Shown: one piece after another, positions 1 to 8,330 of the stretch | Layout: every line of letters starts with the position of its first letter | How positions within the stretch are numbered: position 1 is the first letter of the stretch | NCBI GenBank assembly: GCA_043765195.1 | Contig: JAYUJN010000001.1 | Location: forward strand, 6,171 to 70,170 | Length of the DNA stretch: 64,000 nucleotides | Reading direction: 5' to 3' | Origin: Bacteroidota bacterium | GTDB taxonomy: Bacteria; Bacteroidota; Bacteroidia; UBA7662; JAYUJN01 | Program-made: the position numbers and the translations under genes | The notes under the pieces: generated by a model | Databases searched by the model: none | What the model saw: the letters and a program-made list of their open reading frames with translations, nothing else | What the model was told of the DNA's origin: nothing

Positions 1-511
1 TTGCCAACAGGTGCTGTGGCACACGCTGAACAAGGTCTGGTCTTTTTTGGAGTAAGTTCAAATATCGCTGTTCGGGAGAGGAAGTTTTAAATTCGTCAAA
101 ATCTATTTGTTGTTTGGCTAACAATTCTTCGGACAATATTCTGCACATTATTTCAAATTTTGGAAACTTACTGTTTACTTCTACGCCCATTTCAGCAGTT
201 GAAACTGAAAGTATTGTGTCTTCTACACAACTTATATAATATTCAGATGGAGCATTGTTTTTTGCACAATGAGGTGTTACGCCTTCCATTTCTGTATAAA
301 ATGCCGTCGTTTTTTCTTCTCCGTCTATGTCGTAATATTTTCGTATGCACCCTTTCAACACAAAATATTCTTCTTTCGATTTCTGTCCTTCTTTGAGTAA
401 AATAGTTCCTTTTTTGGTTGTGCGAAATAGGTCTAACGAAAGTATTGCTTGCTTTTCCTCTTCTGTCAGAGAAATGTATTTTGAAATAAAATCAAATAGA
501 ATTTCTTGCAT
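1..511 (-). CDS. Crp/Fnr-family cyclic-nucleotide-binding transcriptional regulator (partial; C-terminus runs off the left window edge)
   Basis: Absent from the ORF track because no stop codon lies inside the window. Hand translation of the reverse strand from the ATG (complement of 509-511) gives an open 170-codon frame: MQEILFDFISKYISLTEEEKQAILSLDLFRTTKKGTILLKEGQKSKEEYFVLKGCIRKYY...SPEQRYLNLLQKRPDLVQRVPQHLLA. This matches the usual cNMP-binding barrel plus linker of Bacteroidota Crp-like proteins. Confidence 0.7.
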   Translation of the reverse strand, partial: MQEILFDFISKYISLTEEEKQAILSLDLFRTTKKGTILLKEGQKSKEEYFVLKGCIRKYYDIDGEEKTTAFYTEMEGVTPHCAKNNAPSEYYISCVEDTILSVSTAEMGVEVNSKFPKFEIMCRILSEELLAKQQIDFDEFKTSSPEQRYLNLLQKRPDLVQRVPQHLLA

Positions 512-546
512 TTTTATGTGTTTTTATGTTGTGGTTACAATGGTGG

Positions 547-1887
547 CTACCTCTCAAACACCAGCCTTGCGCCGCTTTGCGGCGCACCTTTTTTTCCATT
601 TGCCCACACCAGTGCGCCGTTCACAAAACAGTACGCCACTTGCGCACTCATGCGCACACCTTCCAAGGGCGACCAACCGCATTGGTACAAAATATTTTGC
701 TTGGATACCACAAACGGCGCATTCAAATCGGTAATGACTAAGTCGGCAAAGTAGCCCTCTTCTATAAAACCACGGTTTTTTATGCCAAATAAACGTGCTG
801 GATTGTGGCACATTTTTTCGACGATGGTGGCTATGCTCGGCAAAACGCCCCGCTTATACAGCTCCAGCATGGCTACCCAAGTGTGCTGCACCAGCGGTGC
901 GCCCGAGGGCGCTTGCAAATAATCCACACTTTTTTCGGCTAAGGTATGCGGCGCATGGTCGCTGGCTATCACGTCTATTTTGTGGGTAAGTATGGCTTTT
1001 CGCAGCGCATCACGGTCGGTGTGGCTTTTTATGGCTGGATTCCATTTTATAAAATTCCCCCTTTCGGCATAGTCCTCTTCGCTAAACCAAAGGTGGTGCA
1101 GGCACACTTCGGCGGTTATTTTTTTGTGGGCGGTTAGCGGCGCATCGTCGAAGAGCGCAAGCTCCTTTTCGGTGGAAATGTGCAGTATGTGCAACCTGCT
1201 ACCGTGCTTTTTCGCCAGCAATACCGCTTTTTGCGATGACGCAAAGCAAGCCTCGGCATCTCGCACTTTTGGGTGGTGTTCGGGCTGCAAATTATTGCCG
1301 TATATGGCTTGGGTTTTCAGCAGGTTTTGGGCTATGAGGTCGTCGTCTTCGCAGTGGGTGGCAATGAGTGCGGGCGCATTTCTAAAAATTTCTTCTAAGG
1401 CAGTTTCGTCATTTACCCGCAAATTTCCTGTGGAAGAACCCATAAAAATTTTTATACCGCAGATTTTGGCATAATCCGCACGCATTATTTCAGCCAAGTT
1501 TTGGTTGCTCGCACCCAAAAAAAACGAGTAGTTTACCCAAGAGTTTTGGGCGGCAATGGCGTATTTTTGCTCCAGCAGTTCTATGGTGGTGGCTGCTGGC
1601 ACGGTGTTGGGCATTTCCATGTACGAGGTTACGCCGCCTGCGGCTGCTGCCAGGCTTTCGCTGGCTATGCTGCCCTTTGTGGTCAAGCCCGGCTCTCTAA
1701 AATGCACTTGGTCGTCTATGCACCCAGGCGTGAGCAGCCGCCCTTTTGCGTCTATGGTTACGTCGGCGATGCGCAGCTTGCTTAGGCTGTCTAAGTTGTA
1801 TATCAGCCCGTTTTTTACCAATATATTGGCTTCAAACTGCTGGTGGTCGTTTACTACTACGGCATTTCGTATGGCAAAACTCGGCAT
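547..1887 (-). CDS. pyrC: dihydroorotase (amidohydrolase fold)
   Basis: Track ORF 547..2046 trimmed to the internal ATG (complement of 1885-1887), giving MPSFAIRNAVVVNDH. Motifs DDQVHFREPGLTTKG and ASDHAPH are present. The 53 extra upstream codons overlap the divergent nrnA promoter and gene start. Confidence 0.85.
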   Translation of the reverse strand: MPSFAIRNAVVVNDHQQFEANILVKNGLIYNLDSLSKLRIADVTIDAKGRLLTPGCIDDQVHFREPGLTTKGSIASESLAAAAGGVTSYMEMPNTVPAATTIELLEQKYAIAAQNSWVNYSFFLGASNQNLAEIMRADYAKICGIKIFMGSSTGNLRVNDETALEEIFRNAPALIATHCEDDDLIAQNLLKTQAIYGNNLQPEHHPKVRDAEACFASSQKAVLLAKKHGSRLHILHISTEKELALFDDAPLTAHKKITAEVCLHHLWFSEEDYAERGNFIKWNPAIKSHTDRDALRKAILTHKIDVIASDHAPHTLAEKSVDYLQAPSGAPLVQHTWVAMLELYKRGVLPSIATIVEKMCHNPARLFGIKNRGFIEEGYFADLVITDLNAPFVVSKQNILYQCGWSPLEGVRMSAQVAYCFVNGALVWANGKKGAPQSGARLVFER

Positions 1888-1930
1888 TTTATTTGTATAA
1901 AAGAGGTATTGTAAAACAAAGATAGTGCAG

Positions 1931-1938
1931 TAACTTTG
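1931..1938 (+). promoter_or_regulatory. Bacteroidota-type -7 promoter box for nrnA
   Basis: TAACTTTG is a perfect TAnnTTTG. TTG at 1909-1911 is a possible -33 element. The nrnA ATG lies 20 nt downstream. Confidence 0.5.
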
Positions 1939-1957
1939 CAAACTATAAACTTTTTTT

Positions 1958-2965
1958 ATGCAGAACTTACCAGAGCTAAAAAAAATGCTCCTCTCGCCAC
2001 AGCGCATTGCCATTATTACCCACCACAACCCCGACGGCGATGCCATGGGTTCGTCGCTGGGCTTGTACCATTATTTTTTGGCTAAAAACATACACCAGCT
2101 CACCGTGGTTTTGCCGTCGGCTGCGCCCAAGTTTTTGGGTTTTTTGCCCGATAGCCACATTGCCATAAGCCACGACCAGCAGCCCGAGTTGTGCGTGCAG
2201 GCGTTGGAAGAAGCCACGCTCATTTTTTGTTTGGATTTCAACGACCCCGCACGGGTTTATGGTTTGCAGCAAGCCTTGGAGCAAGCCCAAGCCCCAAAAG
2301 TGATGATAGACCACCACCTTTACCCAAAAGATTTTTGCATTTTTGAGTTCAGCCAGCCCAGTGCCGCCGCCACCTGCCAGCTCATCTACGATTTTATAGT
2401 GCTTTTAAACGATGCCGAAAGCCTAAGCCCCACCATAGCCCAGTGCCTTTACACAGGCATTGTTACGGATACTGGCTCGTTTCGGTTTGCTGCCACTACG
2501 CCGCAAGTACACCAAATAGCGGCGCACCTCATAGAACTGGGCGCAAAAAACACCGAAATCCATCAGAGCCTCTACGACATAAATACGCCAGAAAAACTAA
2601 AATTTTTGGGTTATTGCCTCAGCCAAAAAATGCACGTGTTGCCCCAATACAAAACCGCTTACCTTAGCATATCGCTCGAGGAACTGCGCCAACACCACAG
2701 CCAACCGCAAGACACCGAGGGGCTGGTGAACTACGCCCTGAGCATACAAGGCGTGGCGCTGGCGGTGATTATGATAGAGCGCACCCACGAGGTGAAGCTA
2801 TCGTTTCGGAGCAAGGGCGCAATACCCGCCAACTTATTTGCCGAAATATTTTCGGGTGGCGGACATAAAAATGCAGCAGGCGGGCAATCAAAGAAAAATT
2901 TGCAAGAAACCACCGAGCGTTTTTTGGAGGAATTGCCCGCTTTTGCCCAAAAATACATTGTGTAA
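1958..2965 (+). CDS. nrnA: DHH-family oligoribonuclease / pAp phosphatase NrnA
   Basis: DHH-family motifs HHNPDGDAMGS and MIDHHL, plus the DHHA1 motif GGGHKNAAGG. Confidence 0.85.
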   Translation: MQNLPELKKMLLSPQRIAIITHHNPDGDAMGSSLGLYHYFLAKNIHQLTVVLPSAAPKFLGFLPDSHIAISHDQQPELCVQALEEATLIFCLDFNDPARVYGLQQALEQAQAPKVMIDHHLYPKDFCIFEFSQPSAAATCQLIYDFIVLLNDAESLSPTIAQCLYTGIVTDTGSFRFAATTPQVHQIAAHLIELGAKNTEIHQSLYDINTPEKLKFLGYCLSQKMHVLPQYKTAYLSISLEELRQHHSQPQDTEGLVNYALSIQGVALAVIMIERTHEVKLSFRSKGAIPANLFAEIFSGGGHKNAAGGQSKKNLQETTERFLEELPAFAQKYIV

Positions 2966-2977
2966 CCAGCCCTAAAA

Positions 2978-3469
2978 ATGACCACAAAAATACTTTTTTT
3001 GGATAGAGACGGCGTAATAAACCACGACCCCGAGGATTATACCAAAAACCTAAGCGAACTAACGCTGCTGCCAAATGCCACAAAAGCCGTGGCTTATGCC
3101 ACAAGTTTGGGTTACACCATTGTGGTAATTACGAACCAAGCGGGCGTGGGCAAGGGGCTTTATACCCACCAAAATGTAGTGGAAATACACCAGTACATCG
3201 CCCAAAAAGCCGAAGAAGCGGGCGGAGAAATAGCGGCTTTTTACTATTGCCCACACAACCCAAATGCCACCAAGTGCCTCTGCCGAAAACCCGACCACAT
3301 TATGGTACAAAAAGCACTGGCAAGATACAATGCCTCGCCGAGCCAGAGCTTGTTTATAGGCGACAAACCCCGAGACGTAGCCTGCGCCGAAGCCGCAGGC
3401 GTAAAAGGAATACTAATGCCGTGTAACGGCGACTTACTATACATTTTAACACAAAACCTACCCAAATGA
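2978..3469 (+). CDS. HAD-IIIA phosphatase, D,D-heptose 1,7-bisphosphate phosphatase-like
   Basis: Motifs LDRDGVIN, ITNQAGVGKG, CLCRKP and GDKPRD are typical of the GmhB / histidinol-phosphatase-like HAD subfamily. Confidence 0.7.
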   Translation: MTTKILFLDRDGVINHDPEDYTKNLSELTLLPNATKAVAYATSLGYTIVVITNQAGVGKGLYTHQNVVEIHQYIAQKAEEAGGEIAAFYYCPHNPNATKCLCRKPDHIMVQKALARYNASPSQSLFIGDKPRDVACAEAAGVKGILMPCNGDLLYILTQNLPK

Positions 3470-4551
3470 ACGCACCAGACAACGAATTTTTAGCCGAAGA
3501 AGAAGACCAATACCAAGACGAAAACCAGGACGAGAACCAAGACGAATTGTTTGAACACCACAGGTTTGTGGCAGATGCCAAACAAGGGCTTTTTCGGGTA
3601 GATAAATTTGTGGCAGACCGCCTGCCCAACACCTCACGAAATAGGGTGCAAAATGCCATAGATTCTGGTACGGTGTTCGTAAACGACAAGCCCACCAAGG
3701 CAAACTACAAGGTAAAACCGCACGATGTGGTAACCATTGTGATGGGGCAGCCGCCCAGAGACAAAACCATATTGCCCCAAGACATTGCGCTTAATATTGT
3801 GTATGAAGACGACGATATTTTGATTATAAACAAGCCTTCGGGTATGGTGGTACACCCAGGGTTTGGCAATTATGAAAACACGCTGATAAATGCGCTGGTG
3901 TTTCATTTTAAAAATTTGCCCACAAAAAACGGCTTAGACCGCCCAGGGCTGGTACACCGCATAGACAAAGAAACCTCGGGGCTGCTGGTGGTAGCCAAAA
4001 CCGAAATAGCCATGAACCACCTCGCACGCCAGTTTTTCGACCACAGCATACAGCGGCGCTATCAGGCTTTGGTTTGGGGCGATGTGGTGCAAGACGAAGG
4101 CACGATTACGGGCAACTTAGACCGCAGCCCCAAAGATAGGCGCATCATGGCGGTGTTTGCCGATGGCGGTCAGGGCAAGCACGCCGTAACGCATTACAAG
4201 GTTTTGCAGCGGTTTGGCTACGTGAGTCTGCTGGAATACGCCTTGGAAACGGGGCGCACCCACCAAATAAGGGTGCATTCGCAGTACATAAAACACCCTA
4301 TTTTTAACGATAGCTCGTATGGCGGCAACAAAATTTTGAGGGGAACGGTGTTTACAAAATACAAGCAGTTTGTCGAAAACTGTTTTGCAAAAATGCCCCG
4401 TGTGGCACTACACGCCAAAACGCTTGGTTTTATACACCCAACTTCTGGCAAAGATATGTTTTTTGAGGCTGCGCTGCCACCCGATTTTGTAGCCGTGATA
4501 AGTAGCTGGCAAAACTACGTAAACTACAAGCCATTGCCCGAAGAAGATTGA
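3466..4551 (+). CDS. rluD: RluA-family 23S rRNA pseudouridine synthase (RluD-like)
   Basis: S4-like segment RVDKFVADRL and catalytic motif HRIDKETSGLLVVAKT. ATGA start/stop overlap with the upstream gene. The N-terminus is acidic (QDENQDENQDE). Confidence 0.85.
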   Translation: MNAPDNEFLAEEEDQYQDENQDENQDELFEHHRFVADAKQGLFRVDKFVADRLPNTSRNRVQNAIDSGTVFVNDKPTKANYKVKPHDVVTIVMGQPPRDKTILPQDIALNIVYEDDDILIINKPSGMVVHPGFGNYENTLINALVFHFKNLPTKNGLDRPGLVHRIDKETSGLLVVAKTEIAMNHLARQFFDHSIQRRYQALVWGDVVQDEGTITGNLDRSPKDRRIMAVFADGGQGKHAVTHYKVLQRFGYVSLLEYALETGRTHQIRVHSQYIKHPIFNDSSYGGNKILRGTVFTKYKQFVENCFAKMPRVALHAKTLGFIHPTSGKDMFFEAALPPDFVAVISSWQNYVNYKPLPEED

Positions 4552-4982
4552 TACAGGTACAAAAAATAGAAAAACCCGAGGAGCTCGAGCAGGCATTTGG
4601 CATAAGAATGTCCGTGTTTGTGGTGGAGCAGGGCGTGCCAGCGCACATCGAGCAAGATGCCTTTGATGGGGCGGCGGATACCACGCATTTTTTGTTGCGC
4701 CTCGGCGGCGAGCCGTGTGCCACCGCACGGTGCAGGGCCACCGAACACGGCATTAAAATAGAGCGCATGGCGGTAATGGCTGGGCATAGGCACATTGCGG
4801 CGGGCAAAAACCTGTTGCTGTATATGCTTAATTACATACAAGAGGCGCAGCCAAACACACATATTTACCTGCACGCCCAGCACCAAGTTGTGGGTTTTTA
4901 TGCCCGTTTTGGTTTTGTGGCACAGGGAGCTACTTTTATGGAAGCCGACATTACACACCAAAAAATGGTTTTTGGTGCGTAG
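4548..4982 (+). CDS. GNAT-family N-acetyltransferase
   Basis: Pattern IRMSVFVVEQGVPAHIEQDAFD ... FYARFGF matches the GNAT fold. The start is a TTG overlapping the rluD stop, so the start is uncertain. Confidence 0.6.
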   Translation: MIQVQKIEKPEELEQAFGIRMSVFVVEQGVPAHIEQDAFDGAADTTHFLLRLGGEPCATARCRATEHGIKIERMAVMAGHRHIAAGKNLLLYMLNYIQEAQPNTHIYLHAQHQVVGFYARFGFVAQGATFMEADITHQKMVFGA

Positions 4983-5068
4983 TGAATTTGGCTATATTTT
5001 TAACGGCATTGTACTTAAAAATGGGCTTTTACCTCATTTACACCCACAAAACCATTGAGCTTTTACAC

Positions 5069-6145
5069 TCAACCGTGCGATTTTTCGAAGGCTTGCATTA
5101 TTTCTACCAAGGCTTGCACGCTGTCTAAATCCATGGCATTGTACATACTGGCTCTAAAACCGCCCACGCTGCGGTGTCCTTTTATGCCGCTGATGTTGGC
5201 TTGGGTAGCAAGTGCCATAAATGCGGTTTCTTGGCTTGGGTCGTGTAGCACAAAAGTGGGGTTCATAATGCTGCGGTCGGTAGGGTTGGGTACTACGGCA
5301 CTAAACAGCCCGTTGCGCTCTATTTCGTTGTAAAGCAGGGCGGCTTTGGCGTTGTTGCGCACTTCTATGGCATCTGTGCCTCCAAAATTATCCAGCCACT
5401 CGAGCGTGAGCATCATTACATAAACCGCAAAAACGGGTGGCGTATTGTACATACTGCCGCCTTTTATGTGCGTTTGGTAGTTGAGCATGGTGGGTATGTT
5501 CCTGCCCGATTTGCCCAATATTTCGTCTTTTACCACCACCATGGTTACGCCTGCGGGTCCCATGTTTTTTTGTGCGCCTGCGTATATTAGCCCAAATTTG
5601 GAGGCATCTATCGTTCGGCTGAACATATCTGACGACATATCGCACACCATCGGCACGGGGCTATCGGGGAAGCTGTGCATTCTGGTGCCGTATATGGTGT
5701 TGTTGGAAGTGCAGTGAAAATAGTCGGCATCTTTGGGTATTTCGTAGTTTTGCGGCACAAAATTGAAGTTTTTCTCTTCCGACGAGGCAAGTACGTTCAC
5801 ATTTCCCATCATTTTTGCTTCTTTGATGGCTGCCGTAGCCCACACGCCTGTATTGGTGTAGGCTGCCGTGCCTTGCAGGCTCAGGAGGTTCAGCGGCACC
5901 ATGGCAAACTGCGTGCTTGCGCCGCCTTGCACAAATATAACGGAGTAGCCTTGGGGTAGGTTTAGCAGTTTTTTTACCAAGTCCACCGATTTTTGCATCA
6001 CGGCTTCAAAATCCTTGCTGCGGTGCGAAATTTCTAAGATAGACAGCCCCGAGTCGTTAAAATTTAGAATGGCTTCCGCCGATTTTTTAAATACCTCTTG
6101 GGGTAAAATGGCTGGACCTGCGCTAAAATTATGTATTTTATTCAT
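5069..6145 (-). CDS. serC: phosphoserine aminotransferase
   Basis: N-terminus MNKIHNFSAGPAILPQEV and PLP-lysine region YAGAQKNMGPAGVT. Full length, 358 aa. Confidence 0.9.
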   Translation of the reverse strand: MNKIHNFSAGPAILPQEVFKKSAEAILNFNDSGLSILEISHRSKDFEAVMQKSVDLVKKLLNLPQGYSVIFVQGGASTQFAMVPLNLLSLQGTAAYTNTGVWATAAIKEAKMMGNVNVLASSEEKNFNFVPQNYEIPKDADYFHCTSNNTIYGTRMHSFPDSPVPMVCDMSSDMFSRTIDASKFGLIYAGAQKNMGPAGVTMVVVKDEILGKSGRNIPTMLNYQTHIKGGSMYNTPPVFAVYVMMLTLEWLDNFGGTDAIEVRNNAKAALLYNEIERNGLFSAVVPNPTDRSIMNPTFVLHDPSQETAFMALATQANISGIKGHRSVGGFRASMYNAMDLDSVQALVEIMQAFEKSHG

Positions 6146-6170
6146 TTGAAATCTGTTTTTTATTTAGTAA

Positions 6171-6178
6171 CAAAGGTA
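6171..6178 (-). promoter_or_regulatory. -7 promoter box for serC
   Basis: The reverse strand reads TACCTTTG (TAnnTTTG). The serC ATG lies 26 nt downstream. Confidence 0.45.
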
Positions 6179-6215
6179 AAACTTAATAACGGAAAAAAGC
6201 AATGGTAGTTTGGTT

Positions 6216-7130
6216 TTAGATGTTAAAACCTTCAAAATCGTCGTATTTGTGCAGCGTATCGCCGTATTTTTCGTAAATTTGCAGTACCAATCCATCTTTT
6301 AGCCCCACGTGCGAGGCTTTTATTTGTTTGATGTCGGTTTCTTGCAAAATGGTGTAAAAAATTTGGGCGGCTGGCACTATTACGTCTGCTCGGTTTGGGT
6401 TTAGCCCCAGTAGCTGCACCCGTTCTTTGAGCGAAAACTGCTCCATTTGCCTACAAATTTTTTCGAAACTCTTGCTGTCCGCACTCTTGTTTTTGGGTGT
6501 TTTTAGCAGTTCCATCAGTTTTTTTATGTTGCCGCCCGTGCCTATCACGCACTCTGGTTTTTGCGGTTTTATGTGTATTCTTAGCCAGTTGCGCAGCGCA
6601 GTCCAGGTTTTGTCGTCGTCTTGGTTGTCTAATATGCGCACGGTACCCAGCTCAAACGATTTGGATACCAGCTTATTTTTTCCGTTCATGAGCGTAATTT
6701 CGGTGCTGCCGCCGCCCACATCTACCAAAAGCGTGATTTCCTTGGGTTTCAAAAAATCTTGGTGTGCGTTTAGTATCAGTTCGGCTTCTTCTTGTCCGCT
6801 TATAATTTCTATGTTTATGCCCGTTTCTGCCAGTATTTTTTGGGTGATGTCGCCGCTGTTTTTTGCCTCACGCATGGCGGAGGTAGAGCAAGCCCGATAG
6901 TGCTGCACGCCGTAGAGCTGCATTAGGTTGGCAAAGGCGGTCATTAGTTTGATGAGTGCGGCTTCTTTGTGTGGCGGGATTTCGTGGTTCATAAACACAT
7001 AGTCGCCCAGGCGCAGCGGCACACGCAGGTACTGCACTTCTTTGTAGCGGGACGCCGACTCGCTACCCGCAAAAAAAGAACAGATGTACAGCCTCACGGC
7101 ATTAGAGCCAATATCAATGGCAGCTATCAT
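6216..7130 (-). CDS. ppx: Ppx/GppA-family phosphatase (exopolyphosphatase catalytic core, short form)
   Basis: ASKHA-fold motifs AAIDIGSNAVRLYI and DVGGGSTEI. At 304 aa it is the N-terminal two-domain core only. Confidence 0.8.
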   Translation of the reverse strand: MIAAIDIGSNAVRLYICSFFAGSESASRYKEVQYLRVPLRLGDYVFMNHEIPPHKEAALIKLMTAFANLMQLYGVQHYRACSTSAMREAKNSGDITQKILAETGINIEIISGQEEAELILNAHQDFLKPKEITLLVDVGGGSTEITLMNGKNKLVSKSFELGTVRILDNQDDDKTWTALRNWLRIHIKPQKPECVIGTGGNIKKLMELLKTPKNKSADSKSFEKICRQMEQFSLKERVQLLGLNPNRADVIVPAAQIFYTILQETDIKQIKASHVGLKDGLVLQIYEKYGDTLHKYDDFEGFNI

Positions 7131-7179
7131 TTTTATTTGGCTAAAAAAAATTGGGTTGTGCCTTGTCTATTTTGAGTTT

Positions 7180-7227
7180 GTTGGGCTGCATTTTTACCAA
7201 AGCGTTTTTGGTGCGGTGCAGCCCAAC
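7180..7227 (-). terminator. Perfect 11-bp stem hairpin 5 nt after the mreB stop (probable terminator or structured element)
   Basis: GTTGGGCTGCA (7180-7190) pairs perfectly with TGCAGCCCAAC (7217-7227). The 26-nt loop contains a second small stem, ACCAA/TTGGT. No U-tract follows immediately on the minus-strand RNA. A U8 run lies further downstream (complement of 7143-7150). Confidence 0.45.
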
Positions 7228-7232
7228 GGGTT

Positions 7233-8258
7233 TTATTTTAGTAAAAACGGCATAAAACGCTCCACATTTTTTAGTGCCACGCCCGTGCCACGCACCACCG
7301 CACGTAGTGGGTCTTCGGCTACGTGTACGGGTAGTTTGGTTTTTTGGCTAAGGCGTTTGTCCAAGCCACGCAGCAGCGAGCCGCCGCCTGTGAGGTAAAT
7401 CCCCCGCTGAAAAATATCCGACGACAGCTCGGGAGGCGTAATTTCGAGGGCTTTTAGTATCGCACTTTCTATTTTGGATATAGATTTGTCCAAGGCGTGC
7501 GCTATTTCGCTGTAATTCACGTTTATTTGCTTGGGTATGCCCGTCATTAGGTCTCTGCCGCTTACTTGTATGTCGGCTGGCGGATTGTCTAACTCGGGTA
7601 GGGCTGCGCCCACTTCTATTTTTATTTGTTCTGCGGTGCGTTCGCCTATCAGTATGTTGTGTTGTTTGCGCACATAATCAAAAATATCGGCGGTAAATGT
7701 ATCGCCTGCAATGCGTATGCTTTGGTCGCACACAATGCCCGAAAGGGATATTACCGCAATTTCGCTTGTACCGCCGCCTATGTCTATAATCATGTTTCCT
7801 GTGGGTTCTTCCACATCTATGCCTATGCCTATGGCGGCTGCCATGGGTTCGTGTATCATATAAACCTCTTTTGCGCCTGCGTGTTCGGCACTGTCTTTTA
7901 CGGCACGTTTTTCTACTTCGGTAATGCCCGAGGGTATGCAAATCATCATGCGCCAAGAGGGTGCGAACAAGCCTCTTTTTACGCCTATCATGTCTATCAT
8001 GCCACGAATCATGTACTCGGCAGCGTGAAAATCAGCGATTACGCCATCTTTCAGCGGACGTATGGTTTTTATATTGTCGTGGGTTTTGCCGTGCATTTGC
8101 ATGGCTTGTTTGCCTACGGCTATTATTTTATTTGTAAGCCTATCTTGTGCCACTATCGAGGGCTCATCTACTACTATTTTATCTTTGTAAATAATCAGTG
8201 TATTGGCGGTGCCAAGGTCTATGGCTATTTCTGGTGTTAAAAAATCGAACCAACCCAT
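7233..8258 (-). CDS. mreB: rod shape-determining protein MreB
   Basis: Actin-like motifs IAIDLGTANTLI and DIGGGTSEIAV. 341 aa. Confidence 0.95.
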   Translation of the reverse strand: MGWFDFLTPEIAIDLGTANTLIIYKDKIVVDEPSIVAQDRLTNKIIAVGKQAMQMHGKTHDNIKTIRPLKDGVIADFHAAEYMIRGMIDMIGVKRGLFAPSWRMMICIPSGITEVEKRAVKDSAEHAGAKEVYMIHEPMAAAIGIGIDVEEPTGNMIIDIGGGTSEIAVISLSGIVCDQSIRIAGDTFTADIFDYVRKQHNILIGERTAEQIKIEVGAALPELDNPPADIQVSGRDLMTGIPKQINVNYSEIAHALDKSISKIESAILKALEITPPELSSDIFQRGIYLTGGGSLLRGLDKRLSQKTKLPVHVAEDPLRAVVRGTGVALKNVERFMPFLLK

Positions 8259-8304
8259 TTTGTATAATTTATTAGTTTGTGTATATTAATTTAGTTTTGC
8301 AGCG

Positions 8305-8312
8305 CAAAATTA
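8305..8312 (-). promoter_or_regulatory. -7 promoter box for mreB
   Basis: The reverse strand reads TAATTTTG. The mreB ATG lies 47 nt downstream. Confidence 0.4.
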
Positions 8313-8330
8313 CGCTTAATTATGGTGATA

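Noticed and set aside
160-754. Plus-strand ORFs of 71-129 aa listed by the track (160..396, 345..734, 506..754, 526..741)
   Set aside because: Their sequences are low-complexity and motif-free. They lie antisense to a clean Crp-like frame (1-511) and to the pyrC 3' end, so they are shadow ORFs.
1888-2046. N-terminal extensions in the ORF track: pyrC to 2046, TPM to 17656, FkbM from 21202, icmF from 48224, glgB from 53566, SulP from 58940, DUF2490 from 60514
   Set aside because: The extensions have non-protein-like composition. They overlap neighbouring genes or contain the gene's own -7 promoter box, and in each case a conserved family N-terminus begins at an internal ATG.
3490-3545. Apparent tandem repeat GACGAAAACCAG/GACGAGAACCAA in the rluD 5' region
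   Set aside because: It is an imperfect in-frame coding repeat giving an acidic QDENQDENQDE N-terminal tail. It is low-complexity protein sequence, not a DNA-level element.
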